A stretch of 61,599 nt of DNA, counting the filler, from Gonapodya sp. JEL0774 (Eukaryota), in NCBI GenBank assembly GCA_027604505.1. It is 21 parts of 21 records of this genome, joined end to end, with 100 filler letters (N's around TTAATTAATTAA, not from the genome) between each part and the next. Parts side by side here need not be neighbours in the genome. Positions count along the whole stretch, not along the records: positions 35,304 to 38,139 come from JADIIX010001644.1; positions 38,240 to 41,074 come from JADIIX010001645.1; positions 41,175 to 44,009 come from JADIIX010001646.1; positions 44,110 to 46,943 come from JADIIX010001647.1; positions 47,044 to 49,876 come from JADIIX010001648.1; 16 more parts are not named here. The stretch is one strand, 5' to 3'. The position numbers were made by a program, and so were the translations under genes. The notes under the pieces were generated by a model, which was given only the letters and a program-made list of their open reading frames with translations, was not told the origin of the DNA and searched no databases. Numbering within the stretch: position 1 is the first letter of the stretch; every line of letters starts with the position of its first letter. Positions 35,204-48,318 of this stretch are shown here, in pieces.

Positions 35204-35303
35204 NNNNNNNNNNNNNNNNNNNNNNNNNNNNNNNNNNNNNNNNNNNNTTAATTAATTAANNNNNNNNNNNNNNNNNNNNNNNNNNNNNNNNNNNNNNNNN
35301 NNN

Positions 35304-37140
35304 ACGTAAACGCGGGACGATGCGCAGCAAGTTTGTCCGTGGTTGAAGAAGATGCCAACTTTGCACCAGTTGACGGCGGATTCGATGGCTACAGGGACAC
35401 TGATGGGGTGAGCAAAACGCACGCGCGAAAGCCACCCAGTCCCCATTTCTCCCTGCCTCGGCCTACCAACCTGCATCATCAAAGACGATAGCGGGCGACT
35501 TGCCACCAAGTTCGAGCGAGATCTTCTTGAGGTTGGATTTGGCCGCGCTCTGCATGATGAGCCGGCCAGTACGGCTGGAGCCCGTGAACGCGATCTTGCC
35601 GACCTCGTTGTGCTCGGCTGGGGGAGGGAAAGGCGGGGGCGGGGTTCAGATGATTGCATGTATGAGACGGGATTGCGGCGGTTGAGATTACTCACCGAGA
35701 GCAGAACCGGCGGTGGGTCCGTACCCTGGGACGACGTTGACGACACTACATATTGGGTAGGAATTCGAAGCAAAACAAATTCAGCATTCCAAAGCAGCGA
35801 CCGAACCCCCACACTCCTGCGTTTCCAACACACCCATCGGGAATGCCCGCCTCCTTGACCAATGCCGCGATCGCCAGCGCCGTGAGTGGCGTCTTTTCAC
35901 TAGGCTTGATCACCGTAACGTTCCCGCAGGCAAGAGCAGGACCGATCTTCCACGCAGCCATCAAAATGGGGAAGTTCCAAGGGATAATCTGGCCGACAAC
36001 ACCGATGGGTTCGTGACGGGTGTAGTTCATGTAGCTGTGCGTGTCCATGAAGGTCTTGCCCTCGATCTTGTCACACCAGCCGGAGTAGTAGCGGAGACAA
36101 CCGATAGCGAGGGGGACGTCCGCCTGGTGGGGTGTGGTGGAGAGGGGTAAGAACACAAGCGACAGGAAGTCACGGAACAGAATATTGGGATCAAAAAAAC
36201 CAGTAACTCCCATCTGCACCAACTACCCACTACCCACTGCTCTCTCCCTTAAACCCGCTTGCCCCCATCCTGCCACACCATCCCTTCGCACTCACCGCCG
36301 CTGCATTGGCCTTGGTCTTGCCGTTGTCCAACGCCTCCAACCCCGCGAGAATTTCAGCATCCCTCTCCATCAGATCTGCCAGCTTCCACAGGAGTTTCGC
36401 CCTGTCGGCCCCTTCGGTCTTCTCCCACACGGTCTCGTACGCCTTTTTGGCGGCACGGACGGCGGCATCAATGTCGGCCTTGTCGCCTTCTTGGACCTGG
36501 CAGATCACGGAGCCGGTGGAGGGGTTCATGGTGGGGAAGGTCTTGCCGCTGATGGAGGGGACGAACTGGCCGTTGATGAAGATGCCTGGGTTTGTGTGTA
36601 GCGTGTGTGTGGAGGCGAGGAAACAAAGTGATACAAAAATTTTACGAAATGTATAGAAGCAGAAAGTCTGAGTTGAATGTGCAAAAAGGCGTGTGTACCC
36701 ACCAGTGTGGATCTTGACCTTCTTGTCACCGAGGGACACTTCGACTGTGTCGTCAAACTGGCATCGAACGAGGAGAGCCAACACAACATGGCAAACCACA
36801 AATAGAGAAGATTAAATAATTTCAAAAGCAACACGTGCCGAGACGGAATTTGGTGGGAGAAAAGGGTTCGGCGGGTAAACCACGAGAAATGCCACGCCCG
36901 CACACATCTCGTGTCCCCCACGCGAGAGCGAAGGACAGACACAGCCCGCGTCCGCAATTTAACGATCGGATTCACGTGATTTGGAGCGACCCGCGGTGGT
37001 AGTCAGCGAGATTCGATTCGTCTCCTTGTTGTTTCGTGGACATCGGCAGAACGGAAGCCGACAGGCCCGTGGCGACAGCGCATCGCGAGAAAGGGAACGA
37101 CGGAAGGGAGGGAAAGCGGGGAAGGAGAACTTACAGGCAT
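35304..37140 (-). CDS. Aldehyde dehydrogenase (ALDH1/2 family), multi-exon, 3'-truncated
   Basis: [63 protein letters not shown]. Confidence 0.95.
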
Positions 37141-37497
37141 TTTTGTGTCGTTAGAGTTGAATGAAGAGTGATGGAAAGTCGAGGAAGGACGGATGGAAAA
37201 CGTGAGGGTCTGCGTTTTTGAAGGAGAAGCGGGGAGGAACCGCCCTTTTTTTTGGAGAGTCTGGATTTGGTGCCGTGAAATTGCCGAACGTCATGGCCCC
37301 GCCCGCGGTGGGCTGAGCACATGTTGACCACTCCATCGAACAATACATATATGTACGCTAAAAAGGGGTCCCTAATAGTATTGAGAGACGGGAAAATTTT
37401 GCAACGAGGGTGGAGGATGTACATTAGTCATGTCTTGTTTCAATTTTGTCAATGAACACCGTCCCGCGATGCAGATCTACTGATTCTATGCACTTGA

Positions 37498-38139
37498 TCA
37501 TGATGATTTTTCTGTTTGTGCCAGTGCGTACGGTTCAAACCCCCTGAAAATTCTCTCTGCTCTTTGGTTCTCCAAACCTTTGATTGTAGCTTTCTGCGGT
37601 GGGCGAACATCTCGTTCCCTCACGAACAAAGTCTGGGTATATGGTGTATTGTAGCTCTTTTGCAAACCGTCTGGCGTTTGTAAACGAGCAACATGAATGG
37701 GTGGCAACCTAGAAGATGATTTGGCAACAGCAGATGAACTGCGGGACACTCCAACGTGCTCATTTGTGATAGATTGATGCGGCGGAGAGCTGATGGATCT
37801 GAGTTCAGCCTCACGACTTCGTTTCTTTAGGCGACGGCTTCCTCGCTCTAGTGCATGCATTGATCCATTATCGTCAAGAAGCGATATCTCGTACGTGCTA
37901 ACATCGGAGAGGTCCCATTGTGTTCTTTGTCCAAATACGCCGATGTAATCACCGGAGGTCTTTTGAGTATGTGTGGCATTGTACTTGTGAACGAATCTCC
38001 AACAGGTCAACCAAGAGAGCTCACCGTCCATAGACGTACTGTCTTATCCAACGATCCTGACACCAGATACGACTGGTCCACAAAGTCTATACTTGCGACA
38101 GGTTCGCTGTGCGCCCTCCAGGTAGCAAGACAGGACAAT
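37498..38139 (-). CDS. C-terminal part of a WD40 protein (WDR49/WDR64-like, cilia-associated type)
   Basis: ATWRAHSEPVASIDFVDQSYLVSGSLDKTVRLWT|TSGDYIGVFGQRTQWDL. Confidence 0.6.
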
Positions 38140-38239
38140 NNNNNNNNNNNNNNNNNNNNNNNNNNNNNNNNNNNNNNNNNNNNTTAATTAATTAANNNNN
38201 NNNNNNNNNNNNNNNNNNNNNNNNNNNNNNNNNNNNNNN

Positions 38240-38921
38240 TTTTCAGATCTCACGTAGCCTCCTTTCGCAACTCCGGTCTCAGAACCCCAATCTCTACAAT
38301 ACACTCGTGTGGGGTAGTAACTACGCATCGTCACCATCTGCCCAGCCACTAAGAACGCGTTCGCAGGGATCTACAGTCGAACCTGAGCGACTTCAAAATC
38401 TGGCCGTGCACACGGTGGAATCGGTAAAATCTCGGGAGGCAAATCGAATCGCGCAGAAGCAACAGCAAGTCACTCGCGGCGTATCGCACACCTCTGTCCT
38501 TACCACTTGCTCGCTGACCAGTGCGTGCCCCATTTGCTTGGAAGCATTGTGTCGACCAGGAGCCGTACTTCGATCTTTGCCTTGTGGGCACGACTTTCAT
38601 GTACCCTGCATTGATGCTTGGCTCGTATGGTGGAAAGGGGAATGTCCGGTTTGTAGGCTGGACGTGACAAAGGACTTGAGTACAGCGGAATCGAGAGAAC
38701 GTACGCCTTCCCCGACAAGTCTCGTTTGGCCTATTCGCTTCATTCGCCGACTTTGCAATCTTCGTTCGGATACTTCTGCGGTTGGCAGGTCAAATATCGC
38801 GGCGGGCGATAGCTTTGGGACCACCCCGGATCCGGATCCGGATCCACTTGTAATTGAGATACCCAGCTCAATCTTACTTGTACCAGGTGCCAATGAGCTG
38901 TCGCAAGCACAGAATACTTAG
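38240..38921 (+). CDS. RING-H2 E3 ubiquitin ligase, C-terminal part
   Basis: CPICLEAL...LRSLPCGHDFHVPCIDAWL...CPVC (C3H2C3). Confidence 0.9.
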
Positions 38922-39301
38922 GCGATTGTCGGGAGAGATGCGATACTGTCCGCATCGGACCATCCACAGGCGGGATTCGATGACGAACAACTCCTCAGGC
39001 AAGTAGACGGACAGAGATTGCGGATGAATTATGTATCCTTGTGCGCATGGCTTATGTATATAATATGAAAAAACTGATTATCCGAAAAGAAACTGCGCCA
39101 GCGGATAGAATCGCCAGTGAGGGTCACGTGCGACGGGGAGATGTGCAATTTCCTAACTGTAAATCGATGACCATTTTGGAAACGCCGCTTTGCGTGGTGA
39201 CGCTCCGCGGAAACGTGTTGGTATAAATAGAGGACATGAAGTGTCTGACATACAACCAGAGAGTGCTGGTCGTTCCACCTCAGGCGAAACCCGTTCCCTA
39301 A

Positions 39302-41074
39302 ATGCCCGCACCAGCACTGTCCGTACTCTGCGGAATTCCCCACTTGCACCTCGCAATTTCTGCCCTGCTGGATGCCTCTGCTTCGGGGATGCCTGCGCGA
39401 ACGACGTCCCTGTTCCCACTTCTCATCGGACAACAATTACCAGGTCGTAGCAGGAACTCACGGGCTGCATCGACCTCATGGAGGCGAGCGTCGATATCTA
39501 CAGATTCCATTTGGAGGCGTGCTTTGGAAGGGAGGGTGATCCCACCATTCGATCAGAAAACGAGTGATCGACATTCTCCAAAGAGGCCGCGATACCGGAC
39601 ATCGTCACCACGGTCGTTCTCCACTGCATCTCCTGATACTTATGTGACTGCGCCTTCAGAAACTCCCTTGCGGTCCGAGTCCACGCCGCTTCCTAAACAC
39701 GCTCACCCGTCGAGCACAACGGTATCCGGAGAAAGCATATTCAAGTTCTTTGACAATGTCAGTCAGCGACCCCAGGTCGCAAAAACATATCGTATGGCGA
39801 TCGGTGTCGCAGGACATCCAAAGACAGTCTTTGCTGGGAAGAAGAAGAAGGGTGGCGCGGTTGAAGAACCGAAGGAGCCCGAGCGCGAATTTTTGAGTGT
39901 CGGTGTAGGCGAGGACGCATATTTCAGGAGGGATGATGCGATTGGAGTCGCTGACGGTAAGTTGGTTGCGGTGGAAACCACGAGACGGGCTTGCTTTGTG
40001 TCAAACCAGAAATTGGGTTAGACGATATTGTGCAGCTATGAACAGAAGGCACCAGACGAGCTCGAGATCACCCAACACGGAGGAGGAAAACTGGATGAAT
40101 GTTGACGTGGGAAGCGCCACGCACAGCGTCAGTGCAAGGGTGCCAAAGTGGAGAGGGAAGACTGCTGCCACCCAATTTAGGATGCCAGCGCCTTCCACCT
40201 GCGTGTCTGTCTTCAGTGCTGTACTCACTCCTCAACACACTTGGTTTTTGGACCCTTCACCTGCTGTTCATATGTTATCTCGGTCCGATTTTTGGGGATC
40301 CCAAGGCGTGGGGGGCTGGCACCGTGTCCAAAACAGTAATGCCGCCATGTATAGTCGGAAGCTTATGCACTACTCCGCACTTGATATCGGACGATACGAC
40401 GAAATTCACGACCAGCACGATATGGATGCTTACAAGGCAGTGCAGCCCAGGGAAGTCCTCAGGAGGGCGTACGATGACTTGAATAATGATAAGGAGAAGG
40501 AGGTGAGTAAAATAGCAATGTAATATTGTTGCTACTTCCTGCGTTTTCCTTACAGGAAAGTGCGATTGTCTCTCTAGAACATATTGGGCTCGACCACCGC
40601 TCTCATTGCAATCCTCCGCACGGACCGGCTTCGCGTGGCCAGCCTTGGCGACTGTGCCCTTATTCTTCTTCGATCAGATGGCGTTTACTTCCGCACAGAG
40701 GAGCAGCAGCATAGCTTCAACTTCCCATACCAACTGGGCTCCGGATCCCGGGACGTGCCTGACGATGCCGAAGTCGCCGAGGTAGATGTGTCGGAGGGAG
40801 ACATCGTGATCGTTGGCTCAGATGGATTGTTTGACAATCTGTTCGACGAGGATGTGGTGGATATTGTGAAGAGCTGTACCACGGACATTGGAGTGCGGGC
40901 TGTGGACGCCGACCCACAGGAAATCGCAGATGCATTGGTAGAGCGGACAAGACAGATTCAAGAAGATCCATGTGAGGGGGATGGGGGTGGGGCTATGCGC
41001 ACGCGACGTTGGTATTTCTTTGCTACGGGGCTTGGAGGTTGGGCTAACCAATTTTGAACGACCTTCTCACCCCC
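39302..41074 (+). CDS. PTC7: PP2C phosphatase, PTC7 family, multi-exon, 3'-truncated
   Basis: GEDAYF...GVADG|VGGW; GSTTA; SLGDC; EQQHSFNFPYQLG; GSDGLFDN. Confidence 0.93.
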
Positions 41075-41360
41075 NNNNNNNNNNNNNNNNNNNNNNNNNN
41101 NNNNNNNNNNNNNNNNNNTTAATTAATTAANNNNNNNNNNNNNNNNNNNNNNNNNNNNNNNNNNNNNNNNNNNNCCTGCCAAAAGTCGTTGTTCCGTATG
41201 CAAGTCCGAATGGTGAATTCGTGTCCCTCCAGCACTCTGCTTACCCCAGCCGTTCACTAGCTGTGCCCTTCTCGTTCTCCTACAGGTACTGCTCACGAGC
41301 TTGCCAAGTGAAAGCGTGGGGTGCGCACAAGGCCGCATGCGAGATGTTGAAATCGGAGCA

Positions 41361-42664
41361 ATGAATCAGTTCAAGATACAGTGGGATTGTCCCATCTTGA
41401 AATACATAATATCCACTTTCTACAGAGGTGTGCGAAAAATAACATTCTTCATCATCGCTCCAACCACAACTGTTGGTCTATGGCTTTTGAATTCACCACC
41501 AGCCTTCTCAACTACCTCACATTTCCAATTTCCCTAGCATTGAAGTTTTCCGACCCTCCAGTACGTGGTATCCTAATCGGTCCGTCGGTATGGGTTACCG
41601 CAAATGATGAAGCGAAACGAATTTGGGAGGATGGCCACTTTGGCAAGGGCACTCTCCACCGGTCTGAGCCCGAGTACATGATCTATGGAGGATGTAAGCA
41701 TCTTTGCTTGGGGTCTGCCTGATCCCCGACCTTACAGGATGATGTCCATCTCATAGCTAAACCCAGGCGAAAACGAGCACGGCGACCTGCAGACGAATCC
41801 GTGGAAGGACAGGACGACCCCGCTGCAGTTGCAGCCGAGGTACTTCAACTAGATCCACGAGAGACTATGTATCTGGCTGTGCAGGGGAAACTCGACGTGA
41901 TTCGGGTAGAGGATCCAGGCGGAGTGTGTACATTGCGGTCTTAGAATGGAGCTCCGTCAAGAGCACGGTCTCTTATCTCTCCGCGTAAACATTTGCGATT
42001 CGTTCTGGCGCAGTCTCCTCTCTCTCTCGAATCGATCTGGACTCATTTTCTAATCGCAGACTCTACAAGGTTCGCTTTACTCTACGGCGCCTATCGATAC
42101 TACCGTAAGCAGAGGTGGGTAGTGAGATCCGGGGCCGTGTATGCGGCTGACTTCGGTAAGTTGGGGGCTGGCTCATAAGCTGTAGCTTGTGCTATTGCTG
42201 TTCATAACCGATCCCACTAATAGTGTTGTACAGGACTGGCCCCGTGCAGGACCACTCCGAGTAAGCAAGCGGTTCGCTTTGCTTTTTTGAGATCATGTTG
42301 CTGCATTTGTGCACCCCCGGCCACCCTTCTTCTAACCCTCTATCGTTCAGGTTCGTTGTCTCCGTCCTGCCCCTAGACGACACGAACGACACCAATGACG
42401 ATCCATACGTTTTGCTCAACTTGACAAGGATGAGTTTCCATGTCAGAAAGGTGTGTACCGCAATATTGCACAGATCTCGAATGCCATGCACTCCCTGAGT
42501 GTTTTGGATTCCCCCCCAACCCCCCGCCCCCGTCCGCCCTGCACTCGCTACAGGATGTACTCTTGTGTTTTGTAGGTCATTGTGAAGGACCACGGCCGTG
42601 GTTGAGCGAGGTGAAAGTGAAGGAGGTGGTGTTGAAGCGATGGTTACCGGAGAGGGCGAGGTAG
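41361..42664 (+). CDS. SEN2: tRNA-splicing endonuclease subunit Sen2, multi-exon (start uncertain)
   Basis: GHFGKGTLHRSEP; EVLQLDPRE; YGAYRYYRKQRWVVRSGAVYAADFVLYRTGP...HSE; VKEVVLKRWLPER. Confidence 0.9.
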
Positions 42665-42961
42665 GACATGCTTGTCTCGACGGGAGCTGAATCTCGGACC
42701 TTAGAAGGGTCATGGGAATTCCTGTAGAACTGGACTTACTGCATGGAACCGTGTGTCGTAATTGTTATGCATAATGGACACAATATCACTCTGGCATACC
42801 CGACTTTATGCGGAAAATTTCAGTCTCCCAACCTCGACAGTCTCAAAAACTCGAGTGCAATGGAGACGGCGCCCGTATTGTTTTCTTGGAGCTTCTATTG
42901 CGAACACGACTGCCATGCAATAGACATTTACACTCCGGCCACACCTCAACTCTATCCTGCT

Positions 42962-43560
42962 TTAGTGGAACTCGCGGTTGGGGTGGATGTGGCCTGCGGA
43001 AGGACCGAGCAATGTTCACACAAAAGCGCGTGCCGTCAGGGGGTACAACGGTCAACGACAGAACATCCGATGATTTTACCCCAAAGTAAACTGACTGTGG
43101 GGGGTGCCCCAGTGACCAACCAATATCGAGAGCAATCCACCAGACAAGCCCCCTTGAACCATTCCGTATCACACACTCACCAGAGTACCCTGACTTAATC
43201 ACATACCCAACTGGCACAATCAACAAAACTAAATGCAACAACGGGAGGGCGCTCTCCTTTCCCCTTGTCATGTACTTGCGGGTGTAGATTTCAATGAGGT
43301 TACGAGTAGGCGGGAGGGCAGGCGCGGGGCCCTTGGCTACACGGAGGTAGAAGTCCTTCATTTGGTTGAACAGATAGGGGTGGGAGGTAGGGAACTCGCT
43401 GGAGGTGAAGAGGGAGAATATACAAGAGGGACAAACGAAGTGGGTTAGAGTGGGAAAGACGAAACGATGATCAAGACCGAGGCCCCAGAACAAAATGATG
43501 GAGTGTTGCGTGTATGGTATACCCGTCTCGAACCTTCAAAGCCACACACTAGGTTCCTGT
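42962..43560 (-). CDS. ATP17: Mitochondrial ATP synthase subunit f (start uncertain)
   Basis: MKDFYLRVAKGPAP...YTRKYMTRGKESALPLLHLVLLIVPVGY...GHIHPNREFH* resembles fungal Atp17. Confidence 0.7.
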
Positions 43561-44109
43561 GGGCCGCCTGACTCTAGCGCATAACAATACATCATCTCAA
43601 CGCATGCACGCTACAGTATCGGCCGTTGCCGAGGTCCCACAGTGCAATTGGTGCCAGGGAACGTGCTCCGAACTCCGCTTCCTTCACTGACGGGGTTTTC
43701 ATTCGCGACCCGAGTCCTGGTAGTTCAGAATACACAGAAAGTATCGAGATGGTTCACATTGGAGAGAGGGAACAGACTGCTGGGCCACCACCGCCGCTCC
43801 AGATTCGTCAAGGGTCTCGCATCCTTATCGCCGTACTCGACATCCTTGTCCGCTGTCAGCCAGATTCCCCGAATCCCAATAAATTGAGAGCTCCCATACA
43901 TCTCCGGATTCATCTGATGTCCATCTCACTGCGCAAGGGCTCAGCAAACTGACCTATCGAACTTTCCGAGGTTTTTGAGAGATGACACATCAGGGGGGAA
44001 GATGGAGGGNNNNNNNNNNNNNNNNNNNNNNNNNNNNNNNNNNNNNNNNNNNNTTAATTAATTAANNNNNNNNNNNNNNNNNNNNNNNNNNNNNNNNNNN
44101 NNNNNNNNN

Positions 44110-45400
44110 TCTCTTGATCGCACACACCAGCAAGCTGAGTTGCGTTTGTGTTTCCAATCACATGAAGTAATGCCTCACGTTGTGCCATTTGTGCAGCACG
44201 CTCGTCTCGAGTCTTCAATTCACGTCGAGCATACGCCTCGACACGAACAAAGTTGTTATGTAGTGTAGTGATAATATCATTGATGGTTGCAGACGTTGCA
44301 GAGCCATTAGCATTGATGAAGTAGTGCAATTTCATATCATGTAACAAGCGGAGAGCATTGTCAGTCATGCTCTTGTTGACAATCAAGTTCGCTGCAAAAG
44401 CGAACAAGTCTCAGAGATTCTGAATCAGCCAATTATGTAAGCCAGTAATGGAATATGGTCCCAGTGGTGCTTGCTGATGACCTTGCAAAGCGGTCTGAAT
44501 CTGTGCTGGCAATAGCGGTAGAACTGCATTTTTGACACGTGCAGCGTTGATCTTGCCACTCTGCAACGCAGCAAGACATGCGACAACAACGGCGCGCATC
44601 TAATCAAAGTAGTCAGATCCTGTCTCATATGGTTTTGCATTAAAATCTTTGCTGAAGCGTTCGAGACTGTCATTAGTCCCGCTTTCAAGGCCATTGTCAA
44701 GACCATCATTCTCAGGCCAACCGACATCACGCAGTGTGCCAATAGGAGGTAACGCATAGCTGCTCTCCGACCACACAGTTGCTACTGGCGACATTTGCAA
44801 CCTTGGAGAAGGAGCAGGTGGGGGATCAGCAGCTTGTGCCGCTCGCATCTCAACTGCAGGGGGTGGGCTGTCTGCTACTGTCACTGCAGCAACATTATCC
44901 ACTTGTCTTATTGCCTGGTTGCTTCTGTTCTGCTCGTCACAAATAGCGTTTGTAGGCAATACATTGGTGCGGCGGCAGAAGGCAATACCACTGTAACCGA
45001 ACCCAAGTTGATGCTGCAAGTCAGCAATGGCAATCTGCATTGCCCTTATGGTATCTTTTTGGCTACAGTTCTCGCGTTCTAATGCGGTAATACGTGCTAC
45101 ACCAACAGGTGCGGATGAGCTGGCAGCACTCATAGTCCTTCAACGGACAAACTGACTGTTCACATTTTCATTGTCATCTAACTCCATCTCATCTTGAGAG
45201 GCGTTTTCGTTTCCATGCCTAGCACCATCGTTGGCTTCGGCTGATTCACGGGCTCGAGAAGCATTCTCGGCACCACGAGTGCGTTTGCTCACTTCCTCAA
45301 AGTCCTGTTCACTCGGACCATACGGGACATCACTGTTTCTTCCATCGTTTTCCAATTCAATATCAACAACAGGCGCGTTCTTGTTGGCCTGCTCAGACAT
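44110..45400 (-). pseudogene. gag-like ORF of an LTR retrotransposon, with three in-frame stops
   Basis: ORFs 45140-45400, 44600-45133, 44411-44599 and 44407 onward are one frame, broken by TGA, TAG and TGA; it lies just downstream of an LTR and PBS. Confidence 0.65.
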
Positions 45401-45630
45401 TTTGAACGTCGGCGAGTTTTAGCCGAGAGAGACAAAACCAAGAAATACTGGTCCAGATCCCTGGAGAAGCAACGTGGAGGAGAGAACATTGCAGAGAGCA
45501 ATAGAGAACAAAGAAAACCGCAGATGCTCCCGTTCAGGTCGACTTGACTTGAGTGGGAGACAGCAGCAAAATCGTTGAGAAAAATGATAGTAGAAGACTT
45601 GAAGACCACCGAAATAGCTCAGAGATCGTC

Positions 45631-45764
45631 GCGGTTGTTCCCCCACTTGTGGAGGACTGCACAGAATGGATTGAAGGGCCGGGAGTGTATGATGGTGTTT
45701 TAGGTGTAGAATATATTTGCTATCTACGCGGCTAAACCCTCACACATAGATCTGTTCCATCACA
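45631..45764 (-). mobile_element. 5' LTR (45648-45764, ~117 bp) plus primer-binding site
   Basis: Homologous to the solo LTR at 19144-19265. On the minus strand it is followed by AG-TGGGGGAACAACCGCGA, complementary to a tRNA-like 3' end (...TTGTTCC-C-CCA; a C discriminator fits tRNA-Pro). Confidence 0.75.
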
Positions 45765-47043
45765 GTCTGTACCAACCGCACACTGTGCCACAGAATCCGG
45801 ATTCCTCACGCACACAGGCCAGAGCGCCTGCTCTAAAGGGTGCAATCTCCTCCTGTGATATGCAGCTTCAAGTCGTGCCGGGAGGAAGAGAGGAGAGAGC
45901 TTGAATTGCTGAGCGCCGGCAGTGGGATGTGACTGCAGCCAGAGTGGAAGATGGACAAGACCGCTCAACCCACCGGGAACCATGGTAAATCGCAGTCCTT
46001 GTTCAATGAATGGAGGTGAGTGATAATGTGGGCCTAAAATGTTTGCTTACATGGAGTCAGTATCCAGTCCGCATCTAAGACGGAATCGAGCTTTGAATCG
46101 CCCAGCAGCCCAAAATTGGACTCCAAGGAACAATGCTGGTGACCTAACATCTGAACTTGAGTTGCAGTCTCTGTGCAGTGTCCACCTGACGTGGTTTGGA
46201 ACTGGTTGCACTTTCAACTGATCGGATCAGACAACCCACCATAGGTCGCTGAATATATCAATGAAGCTGTCATCTAAATAAATGCTTATGGAAGTACCAC
46301 CAGCTGTTTCTGGCATGGTGTTTGGCTTTGGGGAGTTGGGATACACAATGGTGACTCGTCAACCGTCAGAGGAGCAAGCCCATTTTTCCTCAGGATTAAT
46401 GCTCTTCCAAAACGCTGCAGGAATCAAATGATCATTCAGAATGGGAGAAAGCTTGCGAAGGCTATCTCAGAGTCTCTGATAACCTCCAATCATTCCTCTC
46501 CAAGTCTGTATCCACATTATTGTCAATGAAGGACAGTGCTATTCTCAGTGTGATACCTTTAAAGTCATAAGCAAATGAATTAGGGATTGATTCACATTCT
46601 CCAAGTCTCTGATGCAAATCAAACCACGATGCACTGTTTGGTTTAGTGTTTACGTGATGAAAAAGAAGAACAGCACTGTCAGAAAGGGGCCATTGAGGAG
46701 TGACAGGCAGTGAGAGCTGCTAGCTTACGTGGAAATGGGCTAGATGCATCAATCGTGATGATAGGGATGCTGCATGAAGTGATCTTAAGATGAGATGGTC
46801 TTGGAGCTTTCTCGTGGAAATGGAAGCTGCAAACAGTGCTGTTTACAATGATGTGTTTCAAAGGTATGTTGTGAGACGACGGCTAAAAGCGGGAGTTTAG
46901 CCGGAGTCACGTGACTCCACGAGCACAACGACTGTCGTCCCGTNNNNNNNNNNNNNNNNNNNNNNNNNNNNNNNNNNNNNNNNNNNNTTAATTAATTAAN
47001 NNNNNNNNNNNNNNNNNNNNNNNNNNNNNNNNNNNNNNNNNNN

Positions 47044-47710
47044 GTGCAATTGAAGGTTGTGCTCGCAATATTGTCACCACTGTGGTTTCCCGTACATGTA
47101 CAGAACGTAATGCGCTCTCTCGGCAATGTAAGTCGGCGAATCGTTTGTTGAAAGAACTTTTCTTCCCGGTCCAATTCATCCCCGACTTCATCCATCCAGC
47201 ATATTACGTACCATTCACCGTCACGAGGGTTTTGTGAGTCTGGAGTAATCATTTTATGGCTTCAGAACGTATGATCTCCACGTCTCTTGCTGAATCCTCG
47301 CACCACTAGCCATGGAACTAGGTGCATCTCTCACAGTCCTCACAGCTTCCTACCTCAGCATCCCCGTTTCGACGACACACTGTATCACGGGTGCTACTGC
47401 TGGCGTCGGATTGTGCAACGGAAAACTCGGGGCAATAAATTGGAAACTCATCATGTGGTGTTTATTCTCTGTGAGGACGACATTGCTGCAGTGGACACTG
47501 CTATAATCTCGTTTTCAAGAATTGATGTGCTTTTGTTCGTCGGTACAGTGGCTTGTCACCCTGCCGATTGCGGGTGGTATCGGTGAGTACCGAAATGGTC
47601 AAGTGTACATAAGTCGTTCGTTTTCCATATTGGCACCCTCTTTCCTTGTACTTGCCACAGCCGGTCTGCTCATGGCGAGCTACGTCAGCGCACCGGCTCT
47701 CATCAAGTAA
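47044..47710 (+). CDS. PHO89: PiT/PHO4-family phosphate transporter, 3' part
   Basis: ITYHSPSRGF; MELGASLTVLTASYLSIPVSTTHCITGATAGVGL; WLVTLPIAG. Confidence 0.9.
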
Positions 47711-48318
47711 AATGTCCGTGACTCGTAACTTGTACAAGAGTCATGGAAGTTCTGCGCCGACATTCAGCAAAGACGCATTCCCGATGATGAATAATTTGCT
47801 CACTTATATTATGTGATTGCATATCTGACTTTTTTTTTGGAAAATACGGGGACGTATGTTACCACCTCATGCCAACCGCAGCTGCGTTTGTTTTGTGCCT
47901 GCTGATTATTTGTAACAGACCGGAATATTACAAGATGTTCGTAGTGGTCGTGCTTTGGCTCTAAATAGAAGATTTGTCTAGTCTTGGTCCTTGCAGCAAC
48001 AACTGCTTTTGTTGTCTAGCGCATCGTTCCACGAACAGGCGTACCTGATGTTGTTCCCTTCGATACGATTGAGCATCGTTATGCTCCGTAACCACTCTAC
48101 GACGCACACAGTTACCAACGATTGGAAAACAAAAAAGGACGACGTTATGGACGGATGAACTATTCACCAAGGGCACAAACATCACGACGGTACAAAGTAG
48201 TATCATGATCGCTAACACACTCTTCGGTCCTTCTTCCTCACTCCACTCAGCCACACAGGACAGGCTTTCTCACCGATTTCGCCATGCATACTCAACCTGG
48301 GAATGTGTGCACCCGCGC

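Noticed and set aside
2584..45400. Stop-codon reassignment or readthrough to explain in-frame stops
   Set aside because: In-frame stops are confined to decayed elements or introns; conserved genes end normally with TAA, TAG or TGA.
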